DNA of 64,000 bases from contig NW_015171594.1 in the NCBI RefSeq assembly GCF_001447785.1, forward strand, positions 22,877 to 86,876, given 5' to 3'. The position numbers and the translations under genes are program-made. A model generated the notes under the pieces. The model saw only the letters and a program-made list of their open reading frames with translations. It searched no databases and was not told the origin of the DNA. The DNA comes from Gekko japonicus (lineage: Eukaryota). Positions 1-12,214 of the stretch are shown here, in pieces; position 1 is the stretch's first letter; every line of letters begins with the position of its first letter.

Positions 1-2085
1 ATCTCCTCTGGAACCCTTTTTAAAGATGGGAGTGACATTTGCTACCTTCCAGTCCTCAGGAATGGAAGCAGATTTTAAAGAAAGATTACATATTTTTGAC
101 AGGAGATCCACAAGTTTACATCTGAGTTATTTCAGAACACTTGGGTGTATGCCATCCAGGCCTGGTGATTTATTCATTTTTTAAGTTGTCTACAAGTCGT
201 AGGACCTCCTCTCTTGTCACCTCAATCTGACTCAGGTCTTTCAACACCCCTTCCGAAATCAGTGGTTCTGGAGTGAGCAAGCACTTCTCATCTTCCACAG
301 GGAAGACAAAGCCAAAAAACGCATTCAGCTTCTCAGCCATTTCCCTATCATCCTTCAGTACTCCTTTTACCCCTTGGTCATCCAAGGGCCCCACTGCCTC
401 CCTGGCTGGTTTCCGGCTTCTAATGCATTTGAAGAAAGTTTTACTGTTGGTCTTTGTGTTTTTTGCTATATGCGCCTCATAATCCCCTTTTGCCTGCCTG
501 ATCACAGACTTGCATTTTATTTGCCACAGCCTGTGTTCCCTTTTATCAACCTCACTGAGACTAGCTTTCTGCCACTTAAAGGAATCCTTCTTACCTTTTA
601 CAGCTTCTATTACTTTGTTTGTTAACCATGCAGGCTTTTTTCTATACCCATTTGTGCCTTTTCTAACCTGCGGTATATATTTTTTCTGAGCTTCTAGGAT
701 TGTAGTTTTAAATAGTCTCCAAGCTTCTGCAATGCTTTTGACCCTTTCTACTTTTCCTTTCAGTTTCTTCCTCGTATGTCCCCTCATATCAGAGAAGTTA
801 CCCCCTTTAAAGTTAAAAGTGGTTGTGTCAGTTTTGGGGGCACAACTCCCTATTTGTACATATGTTAAACTCAATAACATCATGGTCTCTATTCCCAAGT
901 GGTGCAATCACTTTTACATCTCTCACCAAGTCTTGGGCGTTACTTAGGACCAAAACCAGGATTGCCTCTCCCCTGGTAGGTTCTGTGCCCATTTGTTCCA
1001 TAGCACAGTCATTGAGAGTGTCTAGAAACTCAATCTCTTTTTCCCAACTTGAACATATATTGACCCAATCAATGTGTGGGTTGTTAAAATCACCTATTAT
1101 AGCACAGTTATTTTATCTAGCCACTATCTTTATCTATAACCAGGAATCACCATATCTTACTGATTTTCCTCATCCCACCAAGTTTCTGAAATACCCACAA
1201 TGTCTCTCCCCCCCCAACACCAAACATTCTAACTCTCCGATTTATCTTGGACACTTCTAGCATTTGTGTATAAAAACCTATAGTTTGCCATGCATGTTAA
1301 GCCCACAACCTACCTCTTGCTGCCTTGAGACCTTGCCAGGCAGTCCGTAACAGCCACAGTCTCAGGGGAAAATTCTAATCCATTTCCTTGTAGAAAAGTA
1401 ACAGCTACCCTTTCATCTCTTTGAGATGAGCAATCCCAAACCAGAGACTTTTCATCTCCTGTCGGCTTTCCCCCAATATTCAGTTTAAAAACTGCTCAGA
1501 GAGTCAGTCTGGTGTAGTGGTTAAGTGCGCGGACTCTAATCTGGGAGAACCAGGTTTGATTCCCCACTCCTCCACTTGCAGCTGCTGGATGACCTTGGGC
1601 AAGCCATAGTTCTGGCAGAGCAGCCTGGTTTCTTCTCGGGACAAGCGGAGACCGTCCCCTTTGTACAGCTCCCTCTTGTTCCAAAAAGCATCCCAGTGCC
1701 TAATGAACTTGAACCCATCCCCCTACACCATCATCTCATTCATGCATTGAGACTCCTGATCTGTGCCTGTCTCTTCGGCCCTGTGTGTGGAACAGGTAGC
1801 ACTTCTGAGAAGGCTACCTTGGAGATCCTGGCCTTGAGTTTCTTGCCTAGCAGCTTAAATTCTTCCTCCAGGACCTCACAACTGCATTTCCCCACATCAT
1901 TCTACATCGTTGGTGCCAAGAAGTACCATGACCACTGGCTCCTCCCCAGCACTATCTACCAGCCTATCTAGAACACACATAATGTCCGATACCTTCACAC
2001 CAGGAAGGCAAGTCAGCATATGGTCAGTTTGCCACCCAGCTGTCTACCTGCCTAAGGATCGAATCACCGACTACCCTCTCTCCCT
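1..2085 (-). mobile_element. CR1 LINE fragment (ORF1 esterase/SGNH region plus ORF2 endonuclease-to-RT linker), degenerate, interrupted by a SINE
   Basis: ORF 170..907(-) has CR1 ORF2 motifs (AWRLFKTTILEAQ, PAWLT, KTFFKCIRSRK, EMAEKLNAFF); ~1890-1950(-) reads GEEPVVMVLLGTNDV, like the CR1 ORF1 SGNH block; stops and frameshifts present. Confidence 0.85.
1499..1622 (+). mobile_element. tRNA-derived SINE (Squam3-like), 5' part, inside CR1
   Basis: gagagtcagtctggtgtagtggttaag...ggtttgattcccc with A/B boxes; nearly identical to the copy at 27360. Confidence 0.8.
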
Positions 2086-2241
2086 GCCAAGTACTCAGTA
2101 GAAACCCCCCAAAGCAGGTGCCCCCAGGAAAGTGGGGAAATCACAGCAGGGTTCACTAGTGTATCAAAAGACCTTGTGCAAGCTAAAGGCATCAAACCTG
2201 CAGTTGACTTCCTCAGGGTGCCCCTCTATAAAACATGGGGA

Positions 2242-2585
2242 GGTCTAGCCCAGGAGTGTGGTGAAAAGTTGGAAAGCCACCTTGAGGGCTAGGCACAGCA
2301 AGGGCAGCTGATGATGCTAAGCCAGGGGGTGAGTATCTAAAGGTGCAGAAATCAAGGAACCTAGGGTCCAAGGTGCAAAGAAGGGGGGGTCTAGCACAGG
2401 AGGAGGTAGAAAATTGGAAAACCAAGTTGAGGGGCAGGTACAGCAAGGGCAGCTGATGATGCCAAGCCTGATGGGTGAGTGCCCAAAGCTGCAGAAGTCA
2501 AGGATCTTGGGGTCCAAAGTGCAAAAGGGGGAACGCCTAGTGTAGGAGAAGGGTGGAAAGTTGGAAAACCAAGACAAGTTGTGGT
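2242..2585. repeat. Degenerate tandem repeat, ~147-bp unit, ~2.3 copies
   Basis: Unit starts recur near 2242, 2387 and 2535; cagcaagggcagctgatgatgc and gggtccaa(g/a)gtgcaaa each occur twice. Confidence 0.75.
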
Positions 2586-3635
2586 GCTCCAAGGAAAGTA
2601 CTCTCTGGGGAAATCACAGCTTCAGGTCCAGGACTTCAGAGTATATAGAACGGAACCCCTTCAGCAGTCCTCCATGGGGAGCTCTCTTATTGGGAGCCAG
2701 CACTGCCTGTCGTGCTTTGGAGGGCCACTATTGGTGTTTCCAGGGCTGCAGAAGTCCATTCCCCCATTGCTTTGATCGGCACCAGCGTGTCTACTGCATG
2801 AACTGACACGAATTGCATGAACCTCAATGAAAACCATGGAGGTTCATGGACCCCCCCCCCTCCGGTAGAAAACAACCCAGGACGCATATGTTAGCATAAT
2901 TTTTTGTCCCTCCATGAGTTTATTTTTCAGGGAGCAATTTTTAAGTTCCCTACAGAGATATAGCCCTTCATGACAACATGAAACCCTTCCAAACAATGTG
3001 GAGAAGACTTGTGTCACCACTAAACTATAGATTTGTGACGGAGATCAATAATCCAAGGTACAAACATGGGAAATTATTTTAGATGTTTTAATTCAACCCT
3101 GTTTTCAGTATCTTTTTTTTCCCATTTTGCAAAGTGAACCTATGATTATTTAGTTTTGTAATGTTTGCTGTTTCCTCACAGTATATTATTACATTACAAT
3201 TCTACATGTTGACTATTTTTAGTCATCAGTAACTCAAGATAATGAATTGGATCCAGATGTCAGCCAGCAGAAGATGCTGACAGATGTAGTTATTTGCCAC
3301 ATTCTTCTCCCTAGCAGTCCCTTCTGATGGAGGAAGGGTTCTTCCCTTGGTCATGATCCACCCACTACAAACTAATAGCTGTGCATGTTAAGGGGGCAGT
3401 ACAGAGAAGGAGGTAGACGTAAATTGCTCCTCTTCCTCCTAAAATATTAGGAGAGCTGCACTAGCAGAAGAGGTAAGAGGATGTAATTTCTTCATTTTCC
3501 TTCTCCTCAATAGCCACAAAGCATTGAGGAGGTTTATTTGCATGGCTCCTACAACCCTGAAAATCAACTTTCCTGCCATCGGAAGGAAATACTCCGTGTA
3601 GCAGGAAAAAACCCCTATTCCTTGATCTAACCCTA

Positions 3636-3666
3636 TGTGTGTGTGCGTGTGTGTGTGTGTGTGTGT
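3636..3666. repeat. (TG)n microsatellite
   Basis: Seen directly. Confidence 0.95.
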
Positions 3667-5161
3667 ATACAAATAATATTGTCTGCTACAAAGTTTCTTT
3701 GCCTCTAGAAACCCTGAGTTGGCCATCTTTAATTTCAGAAATGTAGTGTTTTCACTAATCTTTTTACCAGTTTTAAATGTTTTCTTTCCTGTTTTCAGAT
3801 GCTGTGTTACGGCATGGTTATGAGGAACCCTACTGGCATACACAAACTAAAATCCTGGGATTTTCAGGCCTTCAGTTCTCTGGGTCTGACCTGGAAGATC
3901 TGAGTTAGATTTTGAAACTGTTATCTAAATCTAAGGGATTAGTGTTGTTTTCACAGATTAATAATAAATCCAACCACAATTAGGTGTATATGTCTGGGTC
4001 CCTTCCCAATATTACCACACTGAATCACAGTATTTCCTTATAGATGAGAGGACAGAAAGCTCATTGACAGTTCTGACATACGTTATTTGTTTGACCCCCC
4101 TTCTTGAGGCATCAGTGGGTGGGAGATTATGATGGATCCATCACTGCAGACTAATCAGTCTGCATACATGCTATGGCACTCTCAGGATTCAGCATCTTCC
4201 TTTATACCTACATGCTGAGTAACGGGGAAGGGTGTTGATGAACATTTCTCTGCACAGGCCTAATGTGTCAGTGAAGAAAAGCAAGGTGTGATGAGAATAC
4301 CAAGGCAAGATTGGAATCAGTGTGATCTGTCTAGCCATTGGCAAAATTCTTGGAAGAGTCAAAGAAGGTCCATAAAAACGTTGTGGGAGTTTTCATATGG
4401 GTGCATGGTGGCAAAATGGAAGAATTAATACTGTGATAGACATAGATTTTGCTTAGATGCATTTGGTCTTACTTCATGCACAGGCATGCTGTGCTAATTA
4501 TCTATTTAGGTTAGTTGCAAAAAAGTAGAATAAATGATACAGGAGAGGGAAAAGACTTCACCATCTCTTGGCTATTAAGTGAGGTGAACTCCTGGGAGCA
4601 AGTTGTCATGAACAGAACATAAATTAAGCTCTGTCTAAGTTATACAGCCTTTTTTTATTATGATTTGACAGAAATTAGCAGAGTATATTGTAGCACACCA
4701 TCTATGGAATGGCCTGGGCAAGTGAATTTAAACAACTGAAGAAGACATTGAACCAGACCTTCTCTCATTTGTCACAGATTTTAATATTATCGATCCATTG
4801 GTCCACATCAAGAATGAAGAAATAATACTGGATGACAGAACTTCAGCAGAGATGGAGACAGGGAACCTAAGAGGAAAAGGTCTGGAGAAGAAAAAGGACT
4901 CCAAGGTATTCAATACTGTTAGGTAATGGAAAGTCAGTGTGTGGGGGTAGAATGATTGTAGCACAGAATCAACGTTACTCCATCCTGTCTTTTACAATGT
5001 TTTACTATGTTATATGGAAGTGTTTCATTAATCACAAATCTTTAAAAAAATTAAAATTATGTCAGTGTGTTAGAGGAATTGCTCCTGGAGCCATGATGCC
5101 AAACTCCCTATATGCACTTACAGATCCACGTCCGTTTGGGACTGCAAACCTATGAAAACAT

Positions 5162-5280
5162 GGATTCAGGTGGGTAGCCGTGTTGGTCTGAAGCAATACA
5201 ACAAAGTTTGAGTCCAGTGGCACCTTTAAGACCAATAAAGATTAATTCTGGGTATAAGTTTTCATGTGCATGTACACTTT
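5162..5280 (-). mobile_element. Penelope-like element terminal fragment
   Basis: gtagccgtgttggtctgaagc...gagtccagtggcacctttaagacc; same family at ~13000-13080(-), 23368-23582(+), 28690-28880(+). Confidence 0.65.
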
Positions 5281-5289
5281 GTCTTCCAG

Positions 5290-6350
5290 AAATGAAAAAA
5301 GGGAAAGGGTATTCAAAACATATATGTTTATTTAGAATAAAATGGGCAACCTAAAGAAAAGTGGAGAGACAGAGCATATTCAAAACTTCATAACTGCATA
5401 CCAAAGAATACCCTAAGGGAATTGGTTGTTGCTCTCTAAAGGGGTAAAAGGGAGAATATAAAACATATTTTTCCTGTCAGGTTAGAAGGGATGGGGTTTA
5501 AATGGTACAAGATTCATTAACTATTGTGGGTGAAAGAAGGTCTTTGTTGAAGACAGTCTGCTTTTGGTTCTCAAGGATGCCTGAATTTGAATTGCAGTGA
5601 AAAGGAGCCCTTTTAATATCATTGGGCCTAAGGACCACTGGAGTGGGATTCTGGAGCTGGGGGGGGGGTCTAGTTTGGATTAGAACAACCAGTGGGGAAA
5701 CTGAGAAGTTTACTGGATATGGGGAACCAGATTGAATTAAAATTAGGAAGACATAGGATTAGGGTGGCTGTTGGGGATGGCATGGTTCGAGTGCTGCTTC
5801 TCTAGGTGACACTGGGAACCTACTTTCATTTGGGGTGAAACTGATCATTTGAAAGCTCTAAGAAGGGAATGCGGCATTCACAGAAACCAGCCAGGTAGAT
5901 TTAAAGTTATTCTCAGGCATCTAAAACAGGCCCTTAACAATGGGGCCCCAAGGCTTTCTAGGGCTCTGTGGGTGTATAATTTCCATGTTCAATATGGCTA
6001 ATATGAACCCTTTATGGAAAAAGTACTCCAAAAAGGGGGACCCTAGTCGCCAGTTTTTTCTTGTCCACTCTGTCAGGAATATAGGACTACAAGGGAGGGG
6101 ACTCCTAAGAGACTCATCACTGTGTGTGTGGAGATATTGTCTATGTAACCACAGCCTTTATGTGTGGAACTGGATAAGGGATCAGAAAACTGTCCACTGG
6201 CCCTTCCTATGCATGCACAAGTTGGGTATGAGTCCTTCTATGAGGTTTAGTATAATTCCAGGTCAACTTACCAGAGTCTATGAACATGGAAGTTGTACAA
6301 GCTTAGGTCTGAGCAAACTAAGACATGGAGGGTGGGATTGGGGACAGCCC
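5290..6350 (-). mobile_element. Probable degenerate L1-clade LINE (ORF2 C-terminal part)
   Basis: Minus strand next to the gap reads AVPNPTL, resembling GGLAVPN..Y; otherwise only weak similarity with many stops. Confidence 0.35.
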
Positions 6351-6482
6351 NNNNNNNNNNNNNNNNNNNNNNNNNNNNNNNNNNNNNNNNNNNNNNNNNN
6401 NNNNNNNNNNNNNNNNNNNNNNNNNNNNNNNNNNNNNNNNNNNNNNNNNNNNNNNNNNNNNNNNNNNNNNNNNNNNNNNNNN

Positions 6483-7099
6483 CACATGATCGGTATGTTG
6501 CTATCTGCACTCCATTGCAATATGAGACAATCATGCATAAAGGAGCCTGCGTTCAGATGGCAGCCAGTGCATGGATCACTGGTACCCTTTATGCCATACT
6601 GCACACCAGTGGCACTTTTGCCATCACCTTTTGCTCCAATAGGATCAATCAGTTCTTTTGTGAAGTTCCACAGGTACTGAAACTCTCATGTTCGGATTTA
6701 TATCTAATTGAAGTCGGACTTCTTATATTGAGTTGTACCATAGGTGGAGGATGTTTTATCTTTATCCTCATTACCTACATGCAGATTTTTGCAACAGTAC
6801 TCAGAATGCCTTCTGTGCAGGGTAGGAAAAAAGCCCTCTCCACTTGCCTTCCCCACCTCACTGTGGTGTCTCTGTTTGTTTTCACTTCAGTGTTTGCTTA
6901 CTCAAGGCCTCCTGCAAACACATCCTCTGATCTCAATATCCTTTTTGCTGTGATCTATGCTATATTACCTCCATTGCTGAATCCCTTCATCTACAGCATG
7001 AGAAACAAAGACATCAAGACTGCATTGTCAAAGCTCACGGATTTTGGACATTTTCCTCAAACCAGCTCCAGCCAAATTCTTCTAGGAAAATTGTGTTGA
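6483..7099 (+). CDS. Olfactory receptor, family 14-like; partial, 5' end lost at the assembly gap
   Basis: HDRYVAIC.PL.Y, QFFCEVPQVLKLSC, KALSTCLPHL, PPLLNPFIYSMRNKDIK; open to TGA at 7097-7099. Confidence 0.93.
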
Positions 7100-7232
7100 A
7101 TGTTCTTTTCTGGCCGATTTTCTTTATTGGTTTTGTAATTTGATCTATATGTAATATAATAGACATGATTTATTATTATCATTACTATTATTTTGATTCT
7201 GTGAAGTGGAAGCAAAAGGTGGTAGACACTTA

Positions 7233-7725
7233 GGCCCAATCTGCATTTAACATTTGCTCAGTTGTTTTACCAAACCCACACTGGAACAAAAAAAAGATGC
7301 GGTTCAAAACCGCATTCAGCTACCCCGGGCCAACACCATACTGACTGCAGAGTCACTCCCGAATGGCCATAAAACAGCCATAAATCAATGGAGATTGGGC
7401 CTAAGGCATGTAGCAGATTGCTGTTATGCCAAACCCACACTGGAACAGAAATTCCCATCTACATTGCATGCCACTTTCCCTTTTATTGAGTGTTACCATT
7501 TTATGGCAGAGTCCAGACTGCATGTTGCTTTCACTTTGTTTGATCTCTGGTTTTATGGTGGCTGTCTCCATAGATTTATGGTTGTTTTATGGCCATTCGG
7601 GGGTAACTCTGCAGTCAGTATGGTGTTGGCCCAGGATAGTTGAATGTGGTTTTGAAGGGCATCTTTTTCTGTTCCAGTGTGGGTTTGGTAAAACAACTGA
7701 GCAAATGCTAAATGCAGATTGGGCC
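7233..7725. mobile_element. PIF/Harbinger-type foldback MITE with ~160-bp terminal inverted repeats
   Basis: Arms 7233-7394 and 7565-7725 are near reverse complements (ggcccaatctgcattt...aaatgcagattgggcc); TTA target duplication at 7230-7232 and 7726-7728. Confidence 0.85.
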
Positions 7726-8802
7726 TTAGATGACCTTTTCACTTTCCCATTCTTCCAGCACTCAACTGTGAGGATGGAAAATGTGACAGAGTTAGGGTTC
7801 CCACTTGGAACAAACATGATTTGAAACAGCTAACTGCAATTAGAAGGTGGAAGACATTGAGATCACCCTCCAGCTATGATCCCGGAAGGTCTCCTATCTC
7901 TAGCCGGAGGCATCTTGCATCACAAGTCCAAGCCAATAATTCTGTCTGTGTCAAAGATCACCACCCCACCAGTCAAAAGTGTTATTCCCTATTTCCCTGT
8001 GTTTTGCTCATTTTGCATTCCTCTAGACTAGCTCAAAACAGGGTGGGCAACACATATTGTAAACATCACAGATTCTTGCACCGTTTCATTGTAAACAAAC
8101 ATAGGAAGCTAATATATATTGATTTCTGACAAGAAAAGCTGAATTTAAGTTTGAACGTATGGAACTGATATACTTTGTCTTGTTTCTGCGTTTGTTTGTT
8201 TTCCTGATAGTATTAGTATCTGTAAATTTATAAAACAATAAAAACATATCGAATTCTAGATGCAGATTAGGCCTTAGAGGACTTTTTCACTTTCCCATTC
8301 TTCCAGCACTCAACTGTGAGGACTGAAAATATGATACTTGGAGTTAGGGTTCCCACTTGGAATAAACATGATTTGAAACAGCTAACTGCAATTAGGAACT
8401 GGAGGACATTGAGATCACCCTCCCGCTATGATCCCAGAAGGTCTCCTATCTCCAGCCGGAGGCATCTTGCATCACAAATCCAAGCCAATAATTCTGTCTG
8501 TGTCAAAGATCACCACCCCACCAGTCAAAAGTGTTATTCCCTATTTCCCTGTGTTTTGCTCATTTTGCATTCCTCTAGACTAGCTCAAAACAGGGTGGGC
8601 AACACATATTGTAAGCATCACAGATTCTTGCACCGTTTCATTGTAAACAAACATAGGAAGCTAATATATATTGATTTCTGACAAGAAAAGCTGAATTTAA
8701 GTTTGAACGTATGGAACTGATATACTTTGTCTTGTTTCTGCGTTTGTTTGTTTTCCTGATAGTATTAGTATCTGTAAATTTATAAAACAATAAAAACATA
8801 TC
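7713..8802. repeat. Tandem duplication of ~545 bp (7713-8250 and 8260-8802)
   Basis: ORFs 7821..8129 and 8316..8681 share identical C-terminal translations; the 3' parts of the copies are nearly identical. Confidence 0.9.
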
Positions 8803-9779
8803 TAATAAAACATATCTAACAAAAACAAAATCATATCTAATTTTAAAAAATACCTAATTTTGGCCCCGGTCACACGAGCAGGAAACCGCGGGGGGGAAGC
8901 GTGGCAGTGTGCAGTTGGGAAGGACGACAGGGAAATCCTTTCCTTTCATCCAGTAAAATCTCTGTGATGCATAGATCTCACAGGGCTCACTGGAGATTGT
9001 GGAGATCATGGAGTTCCTGGACAGTCCATTGGAGCCCTGTGCCTTCAGCGCTTGGAGTTGCTGGAAATCTCCAGAGCCCTTACAGAGGGTTCCATTTACC
9101 TTAGTTGGAATTTCGAGACTACCAGATGCCTGGGAAGCCCGAGACTGAAACTGACATCAAGCGAGCAGTTGGGGCATGGCAGTGAACTGAGACAGCCCGG
9201 AAGAATAGAAGAGTCTTTAAAGAACTGTACAGACATGGAATCAAAAATATTGTATGAGCTCTTTTACAGCAATCCTGGTTATGAGTGTTTTGTTGATATC
9301 TATTGATGCTGATGTGGATTAGTTTTATCCCTGCCCTCTAAATTGAATTGTCTATTAGGAGTTGGATTAAATTTATCCCTATTAACTTGCTTAGGTTGGA
9401 GTCATTCATATATAATATTTTAAATGAAGTTATATTAATAGAGTCAGAATTGTGTTTAGTGGTGGTTGGGAAGGAAGGGAATAAATGTCATCAGATTAGG
9501 AGGTTGTATAGAAATTAGGACCAGTGGGTACTGAAATATATATTGGAAGCAGTTTAAAGTGGGTTCTGTAAATGTAAAAAGGTGGATGTGGATGTGGCTG
9601 AACTGTACTAACCATCGTAGAATCCAGGATCCCAGTGATTAGGGGACGTGGGAGATACAGCAATGGGACTAGGTTTTATAAAAGAAGGAGGTGGAGATAT
9701 GATAGGCTTGGTCCCCTTCCAACCTCCGTCCCATCCTGAGACATGTTGGTAGTGGGGTAGGAATGAAATCGTCTCTCCA

Positions 9780-9906
9780 CCCTGGACATGGGATGAAGAT
9801 GGCATTGGTTTTCCTCATGGATGATCTCTGCAGACATCTGGATCGAGGCAGGTCAGCTCTGCTGTTGTTACTCAGCCGATCAGCAGCATTTGACATGGTC
9901 AACTAT
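9780..9906 (+). mobile_element. L2 LINE reverse transcriptase fragment
   Basis: Translates PGHGMKMALVFLMDDLCRHLDRGRSALLLLLSRSAAFDMVNY, matching the L2 pattern GHGTETAL...LLDLSAAFDTVDH. Confidence 0.75.
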
Positions 9907-10325
9907 TGTTGACAGGTATAAGTCTTCAGTATGTGTGATCATGCCAATCTATTTGACAGGTGTCTGACAGTCTGAAGAACCAGAGCAAACCGGTTCTGAC
10001 TGGAGCTAAGCTGAGCTATCTCACTGTGACTCAGCAGTAAGCTGATTGGCTGGTCAAGTGTATATAAGTGTATGTGGTCTGTACATTGTATCCCTTCTAT
10101 TTGTATGAGTATATTGCAGAGCACTTTGACGGAGAGAGCTGTATATATTGGAAATAAATCACTGTATATAGTTAACCACAACAACTGTGTGAGTGTGGTT
10201 TACTGCAGTGGGATCTTAGCAGGGTGCAATTTGGATCTTTGGCTTAAAGATGACTCAGTGACGCAGACTTGGTGTGAGGGTCAAGTGTTATGCCAAGAAC
10301 CAAGAACAAACACACCAACCACCAC
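9907..10325 (+). mobile_element. Probable solo LTR inserted into the L2 fragment
   Basis: Begins TG where L2 similarity stops; reverse CCAAT (gattgg), tatataag and aataaa in LTR order; no clear TSD. Confidence 0.45.
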
Positions 10326-11377
10326 AGGGGTGCTGGTAGGTAGTCCCACCCCTACAGACTCTGTGGCCCTAGTTAGGGAGAAATTGTGTGACTAGCACCA
10401 CTTGTAAGCCGCTCAGAGACCCCCTGAGAAAGAGGGTTCGAGCGGGATATAAAGTCTAAAGTTAAATAAATAAACAAATAAATAAATAAATGTCCAGTCT
10501 GGGGGCACAGCCAGGGATTACCCTCATGCTCAGGTGGCAGGGGAGACCACCTCAGGGTGTCCACCCTTGTAGGATCCAGAGACCTGTCATCCCAAGGTTT
10601 CCAGTGGATCATTGACTGGCAGGCAGGTCAGCTGATGAACTGGATCTGGTACCCCAAGCTCTGCCAAAGCATACTACTGCTGTAACCAATAAAGTTGTGG
10701 CCAATTTTATTCCACATTTCTCTGAACACTTTGTGTGCATGTGTATTATTTCAACTGAAGTGTAAACAGGGTTAGTATTTAGTTGGTCATGGAGGGGCTC
10801 TTTGCCTTTGGTCCCCACCTCACCTCACCCCTTTCCTTGGTGCTGGGGCTGCAAACATGTACAGCACACTATAAAAGCAGAACTTTGGTGATCAACAAAC
10901 TTTGCATTCCTGAAGAGTGTTTGGAGCAACATTGACAGCCAGAAGTTTCTCGTGAACAGCCCTAAACCAGATAGACTAATAAGAATTTTCTTGTAAGTGT
11001 GCCAAAAAGTGTTATTTAATAATATGGAATGTTTACTATGATTTGTAATTTAGTTAATAACAAAATAGAACCTCTTACACAATGGCATATAATTGATATG
11101 GTTTATAGAATAAAGGGGTTGGAAGTTAATTCATCCATTTTAACTTTAGCAGTGGGTGTAATGAGGAGGGAGGGGGAATGCCCCCCCACAAGTCCTCTCA
11201 CAGTAGGAGGGAAGGCTGAGATCCTTCCCGCCAACCTTATTGGCCCCAGGAATGAGAAGGCAGCTCCTTTTGGTTTTCTTTTTTAGGTGAAGCTTCTTTT
11301 TCTGAAGAATAAAGTGAATTGGAAGTACATAATAGTAAACAGCAAATTGAAGAAAGTCCAATGTAAGTTAGTATGTA

Positions 11378-11663
11378 GAAGAAGAGGAGGAGGAGGAGAT
11401 TGGATTTATACCCCGCCCTTCACTACCCAAAGGTGTCTCAGAGCGGCTTACAAACTCCTTTTCCTTCCCCTCCCCACAACAGACACCCTGTGAGGTAGAT
11501 GGGGCTGAGAGAACTCTTGACAGAAACTGCTCTTTTTCAAGAACAGCTGTGCCAGAGTGATGGCTTGCCCAAGGTCATCCAGCCAGGAGCAAGTGGAGGA
11601 GTGGGGAATCAAACCCGGTTCTCCCAGATTAGAGTCTGCACACTTAACCACTACACCAAACTG
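11378..11663 (-). mobile_element. Squam3-like tRNA-derived SINE, near full length
   Basis: Reverse complement of the 27360 copy, including the (CTT/CCT)n tail. Confidence 0.85.
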
Positions 11664-11898
11664 TAGATATATGTATAGTAACTAATGTGACATAGGAAAA
11701 GAACTTAGGATAATAGGATTCAGAATAGGAAGTAATTCTTTGTTAGTAATTAGGTACAACAGGAGTTAATCGATTAGTTTGAGAACACTTTCTATTGATA
11801 AATAAGTTTGGGTGAATGACATAATAGATTGTTAGAAATAAGATTAATATTCTGTGTTATTGTTCACTACAGAAATGAATAAATTGTGAATTAAAAAA

Positions 11899-12214
11899 TT
11901 GTTGTTGTTCAGTTGCACAGTCGAGTCTGACTCTTCGCAACCCCATGGACCACATCATGCCAGGCCCTCCGTCGTCCTCTGGAGTTTGCTTAATTTCATG
12001 TTTGTTGCCTCGATAACATTGTATAACCATCTCATCCTTTGCTGTCCCCTTCTTCTTTGACCTTCAATCTTTCCCAGCATCAGGGTCTTCTCCAGTGAGT
12101 GCTCCCTTCTCATTTGGTGGCCAAAGTATTTCAGCTTCAGCTTCAGTATCTGGCCTTCCAGGGAAAAGTCAGGGTTGATTTCTTTTGGGATTGACTGATT
12201 TGATCTCATTGCAG
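11899..12214 (-). mobile_element. RTE-BovB LINE 3' fragment
   Basis: ORF 11955..12209(-): SNQSI.KEINP..SLEGQILKLKLKYFGH.MRR..SLEKTLMLGKIEG.RRRG.QRMRWL; (CAA)n tail; ttaaaaaa on both flanks. Confidence 0.92.

Noticed and set aside
5940-6680. 246-aa ORF and the N-terminal part of ORF 6293..7099
   Set aside because: They read through the N-gap, and the sequence before the gap is not OR-like
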